NCBI RefSeq assembly: GCF_020745735.1
Contig: NW_026869227.1
Span: forward strand, 1-64,000
Origin: Hemiscyllium ocellatum
Lineage: Eukaryota
Direction of reading: 5' to 3'
DNA: 64,000 nt
How positions within the stretch are numbered: the first letter of the stretch is position 1; the number at the start of each line of letters is the position of its first letter. Of the stretch, positions 1 to 11,100 are shown piece after piece. The position numbers were made by a program, and so were the translations under genes. The notes beneath the pieces are model-generated. The model was not told the origin of the DNA. It made no database searches and worked only from the letters and a program-made list of their open reading frames with translations.

Positions 1-384
1 GCTGAGGGAGCGAATGAGTGAATGTGAGGGTTTGTTTTCAAGCAGTTCATTGTGTCTGAGTGTGAGTGAGGGGATGTGTGAGTGTGAATGTGTACACACG
101 TGTGTGTATGTGTCTGAGTCCAACAGTGGGAAGGTGAGTGCATGTGGGAAGATGGTGTGTAAGGGAGTGTGAATGTGTGCGCGGGCAAGTGAGGTATGTG
201 TGTCTCAGAGAGCCTGTGTGCACGCACACGCGTGTCAGTGTGCGCGCGCGTGAACAAACATCTGCAAGTGCGTGTGTTAAGCATGACACGGGGAATATGT
301 GTGTGAGAGAGTGAGCACACGCATGGAGAAAGAGCAAACGAGCACACGAGAGAGTGAGCGAGTGTGTGAAGATGAAAGTGAGGA

Positions 385-420
<36 letters not shown>
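1..420 (+). repeat. Degenerate (GT)-rich tract ending in a pure (TG)n
   Basis: Visible; pure TG run at ~389-420. Confidence 0.8.
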
Positions 421-422
<2 letters not shown>

Positions 423-464
423 AGAAAGCTCTCGGAGGTTTTAACCCTCTCCTCCTTCCTGCAG

Positions 465-569
465 ATCGCCCGGCCCGGCTCCCTGATCCCCAGCGTGCCC
501 GGTATTCCTGGACCCCCTACCCAGAGCTGTGGCCCACAGTCTCCTTCCACCCAAATGGACACCAAGATG
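465..569 (+). CDS. ATF7: ATF7 internal coding exon (IARPGSLIPSVPGIPGPPTQSCGPQSPSTQMDTKM); upstream exons lie outside the window
   Basis: Acceptor cctccttcctgcag| at 464 and donor |gtgagt at 570. 105 nt, phase 0/0. Resembles recalled human ATF7 ARPVSMVPNIPGIPGPP...SEAKM. Confidence 0.9.
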
Positions 570-655
570 GTGAGTGCACGGTCGACCAGGGTACAGCCCG
601 CAACCCTCCCCCTCGATATCCCGTCCTCACCAATCCCCGGAATACCTGCAGCCGC

Positions 656-695
<40 letters not shown>

Positions 696-1054
696 AGTCT
701 GTCAGTGCAGGCCGTGGCGTTAACGATGGATGTGGTGCTGTCCTTTTCCTCCCCCCTTTCCCCTCTCTCCATCTCTTCCCTTGTCACTCCCTCTTTGCCC
801 AACCTAACCTTTTGCCAACACCCGCCATCCCTCTCGTTGTCCTTCTGTCCCTCGTGCTCTCCCCACGCTCTCTCTCTCTCTCTTCACGTCTCTTGCTTGC
901 TCGCTCTTTCTCTGTGTCTCTCACCCGCACTATGTCTCTCCGCATTTCTCACTCGCGCGCTGTCTCTCTGCACCCCCGTGCTCGCACGCTTTCTCTCTCT
1001 GCGACGCCTCACTTTCCCGTTCGTTCTCTCTCCCTCTCCATGTCCTGTCGCCTG

Positions 1055-1086
<32 letters not shown>

Positions 1087-1128
1087 CCCTCTCCATGTCC
1101 TGTCGCCTGCTCTCTCTCTCTCTCCATG

Positions 1129-1640
1129 NNNNNNNNNNNNNNNNNNNNNNNNNNNNNNNNNNNNNNNNNNNNNNNNNNNNNNNNNNNNNNNNNNNNNNNN
1201 NNNNNNNNNNNNNNNNNNNNNNNNNNNNNNNNNNNNNNNNNNNNNNNNNNNNNNNNNNNNNNNNNNNNNNNNNNNNNNNNNNNNNNNNNNNNNNNNNNNN
1301 NNNNNNNNNNNNNNNNNNNNNNNNNNNNNNNNNNNNNNNNNNNNNNNNNNNNNNNNNNNNNNNNNNNNNNNNNNNNNNNNNNNNNNNNNNNNNNNNNNNN
1401 NNNNNNNNNNNNNNNNNNNNNNNNNNNNNNNNNNNNNNNNNNNNNNNNNNNNNNNNNNNNNNNNNNNNNNNNNNNNNNNNNNNNNNNNNNNNNNNNNNNN
1501 NNNNNNNNNNNNNNNNNNNNNNNNNNNNNNNNNNNNNNNNNNNNNNNNNNNNNNNNNNNNNNNNNNNNNNNNNNNNNNNNNNNNNNNNNNNNNNNNNNNN
1601 NNNNNNNNNNNNNNNNNNNNNNNNNNNNNNNNNNNNNNNN
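1129..1640. other. Assembly gap (512 N) inside an ATF7 intron, flanked by CT-rich sequence
   Basis: Run of N. Confidence 0.99.
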
Positions 1641-1916
1641 GCTTTCTCTCTCTCTCCCCCTCCCCTCGCTCCTCACCTGCGCTCTCCCTCCATGCCCCTC
1701 CGCCTGCCTGCTCACTCTCCCTCCCCTCGCTCGCTCCTCACCCGCTCTCTCCCTCCGTGCCCCTCTGCCTGCCTGCTCTCTCTCCCTCCTCCCCCGTTCG
1801 CTTGCTCTCTCTCCCTGTGTCCACTCACCCGCACTCTGCGTGCCCCCTCCCCCAGTTCTCTCAGTCTCTGTGTCCCTCACTCGCTCTCACTCTCTCTGTC
1901 TCTGTGTCCCTCCCAG

Positions 1917-2081
1917 AGGTTGAAGTCAGCCCTGGCCATGCAGTCCCACTCGATGGTGAACGGGAATATGATTCCCAGTCCGGTCAGCAGCAGCGGGAGC
2001 AGCAGCAGCGGGAGCAGCAGTGGGTTATGGAGCTCCCAGCACAGTCACCTCCCAGCCGCGCTCTCCCCATCACAGCCGCAG
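1917..2081 (+). CDS. ATF7: ATF7 internal coding exon (RLKSALAMQSH...LSPSQPQ)
   Basis: Pyrimidine tract plus tcccag| acceptor, |gtaagg donor. 165 nt, phase 0/0. The ends match ATF2/ATF7 'RLKA.L...SPAQPQ'. Confidence 0.88.
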
Positions 2082-2368
2082 GTAAGGGCACTGCCCCACC
2101 CTGTCAGCACCGAAACCCCCTCCCCGTCACCGTGGGAAGGGGGTTGGTACCGGTGGGTGTGTGTGTAACCGGTCTGGAGTACGGCAAGGGGACTGCGGTG
2201 TTGTGGGTGGGGAGCAGGACCGTCTTACGGTTTAGTTTCGGCCGTTCCTGCTCCCCCCTGCTCCCCCCCACCTACCTCGCTACATTAGATAAAGACAGGT
2301 GGCGTTACGGGAGAAGTCTTAGCGTGGTTAGAGGATTGGGTTCAAGGTCAGAGTGGTGCTGGAGAATC

Positions 2369-2396
2369 AACGTTTCGGGCAAAAGCCCTTCGTCAG
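2369..2396 (-). ncRNA. Minimal type I hammerhead ribozyme-like core, antisense copy
   Basis: Reverse complement reads CUGACGA-A-GGGC-UUUU-GCCC-GAAA-CG-UU. Perfect 4-bp stem II; stem I poorly supported. Confidence 0.4.
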
Positions 2397-2413
2397 GGAT
2401 GCCTCACTCGTTC

Positions 2414-2441
2414 CTGATGAAGGGCTTTAGCCTGAAACGTC
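2414..2441 (+). ncRNA. Minimal type I hammerhead ribozyme-like core, sense to the ATF7 pre-mRNA
   Basis: CUGAUGA-A-GGGC-UUUA-GCCU-GAAA-CG-UC: all core nucleotides present, palindromic ACGU in place of stem III, GUC cleavage triplet. Stem I is weak. Confidence 0.5.
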
Positions 2442-2547
2442 GAGTCTCCTGCTCTTCGGACGCTGCCTGACACGCTGTGCTTTCCAGCGTCACTCTGATC
2501 TCCAGTCCCCACCTCCCGCGTGGACGGACTGACAGGAAGCAAAGAGT

Positions 2548-2619
2548 GGGCAGCACGGTGGCTCAGGGGTGAGCGATGCTGCCTAATGGTGCCAGGGTTC
2601 GATCCCACCCTCGGGCGAC
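2548..2619 (+). mobile_element. tRNA-derived SINE head (HE1/V-SINE-like), central domain deleted
   Basis: A-box-like TGGCTCAGGGG (2559-2569) and B box GGTTCGATCCC (2596-2606). Resembles the recalled shark HE1 5' end GGGCGGCACGGTGGCTCAGTGG...CTCGGGCGAC. Confidence 0.75.
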
Positions 2620-2620
2620 A

Positions 2621-3986
2621 CAGGGATGTGCAGGTTAGGGTGGGATTGGCCGTGCTAAATTGTCCCCATAGTGCCCAGGGATGTGCAGGTTAGGGTGGGA
2701 TTGGCCGTGCTAAATTGTCCCGTAGTGCCCAGGGATGTGCAGGTTAGGGTGGGATTGGCCGTGCTAAATTGTCCCGTCGTGCCCAGGGATGTACAGGTTA
2801 GGGTGGGATTGGCCGTGCTAAATTGTCCCCGTAGTGCCCAGGGATGTGCAGGTTAGGGTGGGATTGGCCGTGCTAAATTGTCCCCGTAGTGCCCAGGGAT
2901 GTGCAGGTTAGGGTGGGATTGGCCGTGCTAAATTGTCCCCGTAGTGCCCAGGGATGTGCAGGTTAGGGTGGGATTGGCTGTGCTAAATTGTCCCCATAGT
3001 GCCCAGGGATGTGCAGGTTAGGGTGGGATTGGCCGTGCTAAATTGTCCCGTAGTGCCCAGGGATGTGCAGGTTAGGGTGGGATTGGCCGTGCTAAATTGT
3101 CCCGTAGTGCCCAGGGATGTACAGGTTAGGGTGGGATTGGCCGTGCTAAATTGTCCCCGTAGTGCCCAGGGATGTGCAGGTTAGGGTGGGATTGGCCGTG
3201 CTAAATTGTCCCCGTAGTGCCCAGGGATGTGCAGGTTAGGGTGGGATTGGCCGTGCTAAATTGTCCCCATAGTGCCCAGGGATGTGCAGGTTAGGGTGGG
3301 ATTGGCCGTGCTAAATTGTCCCCGTAGTGCCCAGGGATGTGCAGGTTAGGGTGGGATTGGCCGTGCTAAATTGTCCCCGTAGTGCCAGGGATGTGCAGGT
3401 TAGGGTGGGATTGGCCGTGCTAAATTGTCCCCGTAGTGCCCAGGGATGTGCAGGTTAGGGTGGGATTGGCCGTGCTAAATTGTCCCCATAGTGCCCAGGG
3501 ATGTGCAGGTTAGGGTGGGATTGGCCGTGCTAAATTGTCCCGTAGTGCCCAGGGATGTGCAGGTTAGGGTGGGATTGGCCGTGCTAAATTGTCCCGTAGT
3601 GCCCAGGGATGTACAGGTTAGGGTGGGATTGGCCGTGCTAAATTGTCCCCGTAGTGCCCAGGGATGTGCAGGTTAGGGTGGGATTGGCCGTGCTAAATTG
3701 TCCCCGTAGTGCCCAGGGATGTGCAGGTTAGGGTGGGATTGGCCGTGCTAAATTGTCCCCGTAGTGCCCAGGGATGTGCAGGTTAGGGTGGGATTGGCCG
3801 TGCTAAATTGTCCCGTAGTGCCCAGGGATGTGCAGGTTACGGTGGGATTGGCCGTGCTAAATTGTCCCGTAGTGCCCAGGGATGTGCAGGTTAGGGTGGG
3901 ATTGGCCGTGCTAAATTGTCCCCGTAGTGCCCAGTGATGTGCAGGTTAGGGTGGGATTGGCCGTGCTAAATTGTCCCCGTAGTGCC
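2621..3986 (+). repeat. 54/55-bp minisatellite, ~25 near-identical copies, derived from the SINE body
   Basis: Unit cagggatgtgcaggttagggtgggattggccgtgctaaattgtccc(c)gtagtgcc, similar to the recalled HE1 segment GATGTGCAGGTTAGG...ATTGGCCATGCTAAATTG. Confidence 0.95.
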
Positions 3987-3999
3987 GCAAGACTTTAGT

Positions 4000-4095
4000 G
4001 GGAACTGCTGACGCTGGCGCTCCGAGTCGGAGAGAGCGAGGCGCTGAAAGCTCACAGCAGGTCAGCGCAGCCTCCGAGGGGCAGGAACAGACGTT
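4000..4095 (-). mobile_element. Degenerate fragment of the same repeat family as 2348-2498
   Basis: cacagcaggtcagcgcagcctccgaggggcaggaacagacg aligns by eye with the reverse complement of 2438-2480 (cacagcgtgtcaggcagcgtccgaagagcaggagactcgacg). Confidence 0.55.
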
Positions 4096-4121
4096 GGTGA
4101 GACCGCACACTGCGCGGAGTT

Positions 4122-4450
4122 CTATAGAGAGGAGATCGATCAACTCGAAACGGTGCAGGAACGATTGACCCGGACTTGGGAGGTTTGAGGAACGAGGAGA
4201 GTGTAGGAGACTGAGGGGTGACCTTACAGACGGTTATAAAACCCCCTGGAAAGGCATCTCTAAGGTAAATAGCTGACAACTATTACCCCCCACCCCCTCC
4301 CTCCTGGGGTAAGGGGGACTGAAAGGAGACGGCGTGGGTTTGAGGTGAGGGGGGAAAGATGCAAAAGGGGGCCAGAGGGGTGCAGCGTTTTTCACACAGA
4401 GGGTGGTGAGCGTCTGGGTGGAGGCCGGGACAGTTTTATCATTTACAGAC
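4122..4450 (+). mobile_element. Decayed CR1/HER1-type LINE ORF2 3' fragment
   Basis: Contains gactgaggggtgacctt, tttgaggtgaggggggaaaga and ttttcacacagagggtggtg, homologous to the CR1 copies at 35.5 kb and 41.3-42.1 kb. Confidence 0.65.
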
Positions 4451-4459
4451 CCTCCCATT

Positions 4460-4870
4460 CTCTCCCCCTTCTCTACCCGACCCTCCCCCTTCTCTACCCG
4501 ACCCTCCCCCTTCTCTACCCGACCCTCCCCCTTCTCTTCCCCTCCCCCCCTCTCTTCCCTCCCCCCATCTCTGTTCCCCCACCCCCATCTCTCTCTCTCT
4601 CTCTCTGCCTGCCCTCCACTCTCTCTCTGTCCCCATCTCCCTCCCTCCCTCTCTCTCTCTTTCTCTCTCTGCCCCCCCTCTCTGCCCCCTCTCTCTCTGC
4701 CCCCCCTCTCTCTGCCCCTCTCACACTCTCTCTCTCTCTCTCTGCCCCCATCTATCCTCATCTTCCTCCTCCTTTGTCTTTCTCTCTCTGCCCCCCCTCT
4801 CTCTCTCTACCCTCTCTCTCTCTGCCCCCCTCACTCTCTCTCTCTCTCTCTGCCCCCCCACCCCTCCCCC
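4460..4870 (+). repeat. CT-rich low-complexity tract with a 21-bp x3 repeat
   Basis: (cttctctacccgaccctcccc)x3, then (ct)n-gccccc units up to the exon acceptor. Confidence 0.8.
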
Positions 4871-4901
4871 TGTCCTCGTCTCCCCCTCCCTGTCCCTCCA
4901 G

Positions 4902-5102
4902 GACTCCCCATCCCAGCCGACGGCGAGTTCCGGTGGGGGTAGGCGGAGACGGACGGCTGAGGAGGACCCAGACGAGCGGCGACGGCGCTTCCTGGAGCGT
5001 AACCGTGCGGCGGCGTCCCGGTGCCGGCAGAAGAGGAAGGTGTGGGTCAGCTCACTGGAGAAGAAGGCCGAGGAGCTGGGCCACATGAACGTCCAGCTGC
5101 AG
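4902..5102 (+). CDS. ATF7: ATF7 bZIP basic region and first half of the leucine zipper (DSPSQPTASSGGGRRRRTAEEDPDERRRRFLERNRAAASRCRQKRKVWVSSLEKKAEELGHMNVQLQ)
   Basis: ctccag| acceptor, |gtcagt donor, 201 nt, phase 0/0. Canonical ATF2/ATF7/CREB5 basic region FLERNRAAASRCRQKRK; WVSSLEKKAEEL is ATF7-like. Confidence 0.96.
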
Positions 5103-5146
5103 GTCAGTACCGGGCTGGGGGGACCCGTGCCGCGGTGTGTGGGGGG

Positions 5147-8100
5147 CGCTGCGGGTGACGGGGGACGCTGCGGGTCAGCGGGGATTGGGAACGCTGTGGG
5201 TCACCGGGAAGCGCTGTGGGTCACCGGGGAACGCTGTGGGTCACCGGGGAACGCTGTGGGTCACCAGGAACGGGGAACACTGTGGGTCACCGGGAACACT
5301 GTGGGTCACCGGGGAACGCTGTGGGTCACCGGGAACACTGTGGGTCACCGGGGAACGCTGTGGGTCACCGGGGAACGCTGTGGGTCACCGGGGAGCGCTG
5401 TGGGTCACCGGGGAGCGCTGTGGGTCACGGAGAGCGCTGCGGGTCACCGGGGAGCGCTGCGGGTCACCGGGAACACTGTGGGTCACCGGGAACGCTGTGG
5501 GTCACCAGGAACGGGGAACACTGTGGGTCACCGGGGAACGCTGTGGGTCACCGGGGAACGCTGTGGGTCACCGGGAACACTGTGGGTCACCGGGAACGCT
5601 GTGGGTCACCAGGAACGGGGAACACTGTGGGTCACCGGGGAACGCTGTGGGTCACCGGGGATCGCTGTGGGTCACCGGGAACGCTGTGGGTCACCGGGAA
5701 CGCTGTGGGTCACCGGGAACGCTGTGGGTCACCAGGAACGCTGTGGGTCACCGGGGAGCGCTGTGGGTCACCGGGAACGCTGTGGGTCACCGGGAACGCT
5801 GTGGGTCACCGGGAACGCTGTGGGTCACCGGGGGACGCTGTGGGTCACCGGGGGACGCTGTGGGTCACCGGGGGACGCTGCGGGTCACCGGGGGACGCTG
5901 CGGGTCACCGGGAACGCTGCGGGTCACCGGGGAACGCTGCGGGTCACCGGGGGACGCTGTGGGTCACCAGGAACACCGGGAACGCTGTGGGTCACCCACT
6001 GCGGGTCAGGGGAACGCTGCGGGTCACGGGGAACGCTGCGGGTCACCGGGGGACGCTGTGGGTCACCGGGGGGCGCTGTGGGTCACCGGGGGACGCTGCG
6101 GGTCACCGGGGGACGCTGCGGGTCACCGGGGAACGCTGCGGGTCACCAGGAACACCGGGAACGCTGTGGGTCACCCACTGCGGGTCACGGGGAACGCTGC
6201 GGGTCACCGGGGAGGCTGCGGGTCACCGGGGACGCTGCGGGTCACCGGGGTCGCTGCGGGTCACCAGGAACACTGCGGGTCACCGGGAACACCGGGAACG
6301 CTGTGGGTCACCGGGAACACCGGGAACGCTGTGGGTCACCGGGGAACACTGTGGGTCACCCACTGCGGGTCACGGGGAACGCTGTGGGTCACCCACTGCG
6401 GGTCACGGGGAACGCTGCGGGTCACGGGGAACGCTGCGGGTCACGGGGAACGCTGCGGGTCACGGGGGGAACGCTGCGGGTCACTGGGGACGCTGCGGGT
6501 CACCGGGGTCGCTGCGGGTCACCAGGAACACTGCGGGTCACCAGGAACACCGGGAACGCTGTGGGTCACCGGGGAACACTGTGGGTCACCCGCTGCGGGT
6601 CACGGGGAACGCTGCGGGTCACGGGGAACGCTGCGGGTCACCGGGGAACGCTGCGGGTCACCGGGAACGCTGTGGGTCACCGGGAACGCTGTGGGTCACC
6701 CACTGTGTGTCACCGGGAACACTGTGGGTCACGGGGAACGCTGTGGGTCACCGGGGAACGCTGTGGGTCACCGGGGACGCTGTGGGTCACGGGGAACGCT
6801 GTGGGTCACGGGGAACGCTGTGGGTCACCGGGGAACGCTGTGGGTCACTGGGAACGCTGTGGGTCACCGGGGAACGCTGTGGGTCACCGGGAACGCTGTG
6901 GGTCACCGGGGGACGCTGTGGGTCACCGGGAACACTGCGGGTCACCGGGGAACGCTGTGGGTCACCGGGGACGCTGCGGGTCACCGGGGGACGCTGCGGG
7001 TCACCAGGAACACCGGGAACGCTGTGGGTCACCCACTGCGGGTCACGGGGAACGCTGCGGGTCACGGGGAACGCTGCGGGTCACCGGGGACGCTGCGGGT
7101 CACCGGGGGACGCTGTGGGTCACCGGGAACGCTGCGGGTCACCGGGGAACGCTGTGGGTCACCGGGGAACGCTGCGGGTCACCAGGAACACCGGGAACGC
7201 TGTGGGTCACCCACTGCGGGTCACGGGGAACGCTGCGGGTCACGGGGGACGCTGCGGGTCACCGGGGACGCTTCGGGTCACCGGGGTCGCTGCGGGTCAC
7301 CAGGAACACTGCGGGTCACCGGGAACACCGGGAACGCTGTGGGTCACCGGGGAACACTGTGGGTCACCCACTGCGGGTCACGGGGAACGCTGTGGGTCAC
7401 CCACTGCGGGTCACGGGGAACGCTGCGGGTCACGGGGAACGCTGCGGGTCACCGGGGAACGCTGCGGGTCACCGGGGAACGCTGCGGGTCACCGGGGACG
7501 CTGCGGGTCACCGGGGTCGCTGCGGGTCACCAGGAACGCTGCGGGTCACCGGGAACACCGGGAACGCTGTGGGTCACCGGGGAACACTGTGGGTCACCCA
7601 CTGCGGGTCACGGGGAACGCTGCGGGTCACCGGGGAACGCTGCGGGTCACCGGGAACGCTGTGGGTCACCGGGAACGCTGTGGGTCACCCACTGTGTGTC
7701 ACCGGGGAACGCTGCGGGTCACCGGGGAACGCTGCGGGTCACGGGGAACGCTGCGGGTCACGGGGAACGCTGCGGGTCACCGGGGAACGCTGCGGGTCAC
7801 CGGGAACGCTGTGGGTCACCGGGAACACTGTGGGTCACCGGGAACGCTGTGGGTCACCAGGAACGGGGAACACTGTGGGTCACCGGGGAACGCTGTGGGT
7901 CACCGGGGATCGCTGTGGGTCACCGGGAACGCTGTGGGTCACCGGGAACGCTGTGGGTCACCAGGAACGCTGTGGGTCACCGGGGAGCGCTGTGGGTCAC
8001 CGGGAACGCTGTGGGTCACCGGGAACGCTGTGGGTCACCAGGGAACGCTGTGGGTCACCGGGGGACGCTGCGGGTCACCGGGGGACGCTGTGGGTCACCG

Positions 8101-11100
8101 GGAACGCTGTGGGTCACCGGGGAACGCTGCGGGTCACCGGGGGACGCTGTGGGTCACCAGGAACACCGGGAACGCTGTGGGTCACCCACTGCGGGTCAGG
8201 GGAACGCTGCGGGTCACGGGGAACGCTGCGGGTCACCGGGGGACGCTGTGGGTCACCGGGGGACGCTGCGGGTCACCGGGGAACGCTGCGGGTCACCAGG
8301 AACACCGGGAACGCTGTGGGTCACCCACTGCGGGTCACGGGGAACGCTGCGGGTCACCGGGGAGGCTGCGGGTCACCGGGGACGCTGCGGGTCACCAGGG
8401 TCGCTGCGGGTCACCAGGAACACTGCGGGTCACCGGGAACACCGGGAACGCTGTGGGTCACCGGGAACACCGGGAACGCTGTGGGTCACCGGGGAACACT
8501 GTGGGTCACCCACTGCGGGTCACGGGGAACGCTGTGGGTCACCCACTGCGGGTCACGGGGAACGCTGCGGGTCACGGGGAACGCTGCGGGTCACGGGGAA
8601 CGCTGCGGGTCACGGGGGAACGCTGCGGGTCACCGGGGACGCTGCGGGTCACCGGGGTCGCTGCGGGTCACCAGGAACACTGCGGGTCACCAGGAACACC
8701 GGGAACGCTGTGGGTCACCGGGGAACACTGTGGGTCACCCGCTGCGGGTCACGGGGAACGCTGCGGGTCACGGGGAACGCTGCGGGTCACCGGGGAACGC
8801 TGCGGGTCACCGGGAACGCTGTGGGTCACCGGGAACGCTGTGGGTCACCCACTGTGTGTCACCGGGAACACTGTGGGTCACGGGGAACGCTGTGGGTCAC
8901 CGGGGAACGCTGTGGGTCACCGGGGACGCTGTGGGTCACGGGGAACGCTGTGGGTCACGGGGAACGCTGTGGGTCACCGGGGAACGCTGTGGGTCACTGG
9001 GAACGCTGTGGGTCACCGGGGAACGCTGTGGGTCACCGGGAACGCTGTGGGTCACCGGGGGACGCTGTGGGTCACCGGGAACACTGCGGGTCACCGGGGA
9101 ACGCTGTGGGTCACCGGGGACGCTGCGGGTCACCGGGGGACGCTGCGGGTCACCAGGAACACCGGGAACGCTGTGGGTCACCCACTGCGGGTCACGGGGA
9201 ACGCTGCGGGTCACCGGGGACGCTGCGGGTCACCGGGGGACGCTGTGGGTCACCGGGAACGCTGTGGGTCACCGGGGAACGCTGTGGGTCACCGGGAACG
9301 CTGTGGGTCACCGGGGGACGCTGTGGGTCACCGGGAACGCTGTGGGTCACCGGGGAACGCTGCGGGTCACCGGGGGACGCTGTGGGTCACCAGGAACACC
9401 GGGAACGCTGTGGGTCACCCACTGCGGGTCACGGGGAACGCTGCGGGTCACGGGGAACGCTGCGGGTCACCGGGGACGCTGCGGGTCACCGGGGGACGCT
9501 GTGGGTCACCGGGAACGCTGTGGGTCACCGGGGGACGCTGTGGGTCACCGGGGGACGCTGTGGGTCACCGGGGAACGCTGCGGGTCACCAGGAACACCGG
9601 GAACGCTGTGGGTCACCCACTGCGGGTCACGGGGAACGCTGCGGGTCACGGGGGACGCTGCGGGTCACCGGGGACGCTGCGGGTCACCGGGGTCGCTGCG
9701 GGTCACCAGGAACACTGCGGGTCACCGGGAACACCGGGAACGCTGTGGGTCACCGGGGAACACTGTGGGTCACCCACTGCGGGTCACGGGGAACGCTGTG
9801 GGTCACCCACTGCGGGTCACGGGGAACGCTGCGGGTCACGGGGAACGCTGCGGGTCACGGGGAACGCTGCGGGTCACGGGGAACGCTGCGGGTCACCGGG
9901 GAACGCTGCGGGTCACCGGGAACGCTGTGGGTCACCGGGAACGCTGTGGGTCACCCACTGTGTGTCACCGGGGAACGCTGCGGGTCACGGGGAACGCTGC
10001 GGGTCACGGGGAACGCTGCGGGTCACCGGGGAACGCTGTGGGTCACTGGGAACGCTGTGGGTCACCGGGAACGCTGTGGGTCACCCACTGTGTGTCACCG
10101 GGAACGCTGTGGGTCACCCACTGTGTGTCACCGGGAACACTGTGGGTCACCGGGGAACGCTGTGGGTCACCGGGGAACGCTGTGGGTCACCGGGGACGCT
10201 GTGGGTCACCGGGAACACTGTGGGTCACCGGGGAACGCTGTGGGTCACCGGGGACGCTGCGGGTCACCGGGAACACTGTGGGTCACCCACTGCGGGTCAC
10301 CGGGAACACTGCGGGTCACCGGGGAACGCTGTGGGTCACCTGGAACACTGTTGGTCACCGGGGAACGCTGTGGGCCACCGGGGACGCTGTGGGCCACCGG
10401 GAGCACTGCGGGTCACCGGGAACACTGTGGGTCACCGGGGAACGCTGTGGGTCACTGGGGAACGCTGTGGGTCACCGGGGACGCTGTGGGTCACCGGGGA
10501 ACGCTGTGGGTCACCGGGGAACGCTGTGGGTCACCGGGGACGCTGTGGGTCACCGGGGACGCTGTGGGTCACCGGGGAACGCTGTGGGTCACCGGGGAAC
10601 GCTGTGGGTCACCGGGAACACTGTGGGTCACCCACTGCGGGTCACCGGGAACACTGCGGGTCACCGGGGAACGCTGTTGGTCACCGGGAACACTGTTGGT
10701 CACCGGGGAACGCTGTGGGTCACCGGGGACGCTGTGGGTCACCGGGAACACTGTGGGTCACCCACTGCGGGTCACCGGGGAACGCTGTGGGTCACCGGGG
10801 AACGCTGTGGGTCACCGGGGACGCTGCGGGTCACCAGGAACACTGCGGGTCACCGGGAACACCGGGAACGCTGTGGGTCACCCACTGCGGGTCACGGGGA
10901 ACGCTGCGGGTCACGGGGAACGCTGCGGGTCACGGGGAACGCTGCGGGTCACCGGGGAACGCTGCGGGTCACCGGGGACGCTGCGGGTCACCGGGGTCGC
11001 TGCGGGTCACCGGGAACACCGGGAACGCTGTGGGTCACCGGGCAACACTGTGGGTCACCCACTGTGGGTCACGGGGAACGCTGCGGGTGACGGGGAACGC

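Larger units (their letters stand above)
2348..2498. mobile_element. Inverted-repeat (MITE-like, Penelope-terminal-repeat-like) element with two divergent minimal hammerhead ribozyme cores
   Basis: Ends tcagagtggtgctgga / tccagcgtcactctga are near-perfect reverse complements. Inner arms 2369-2397 and 2413-2441 are also inverted copies, each reading CTGANGA-A-stem-loop-GAAACGTY. Confidence 0.65.

Noticed and set aside
354-2470. Long ORFs spanning the N run (likewise 54042-55141)
   Set aside because: Artefacts of gaps and low-complexity flanks; only the embedded exons are supported.
2548-2619. tRNA gene
   Set aside because: Has A/B boxes but no complete cloverleaf and continues into SINE body sequence.
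2621-3986. CRISPR-like regular array
   Set aside because: Units are contiguous with no unique spacers, there are no cas genes, and the context is a vertebrate intron.
2621-3986. Interstitial telomere
   Set aside because: Only one TTAGGG per 55-bp unit, never in tandem.
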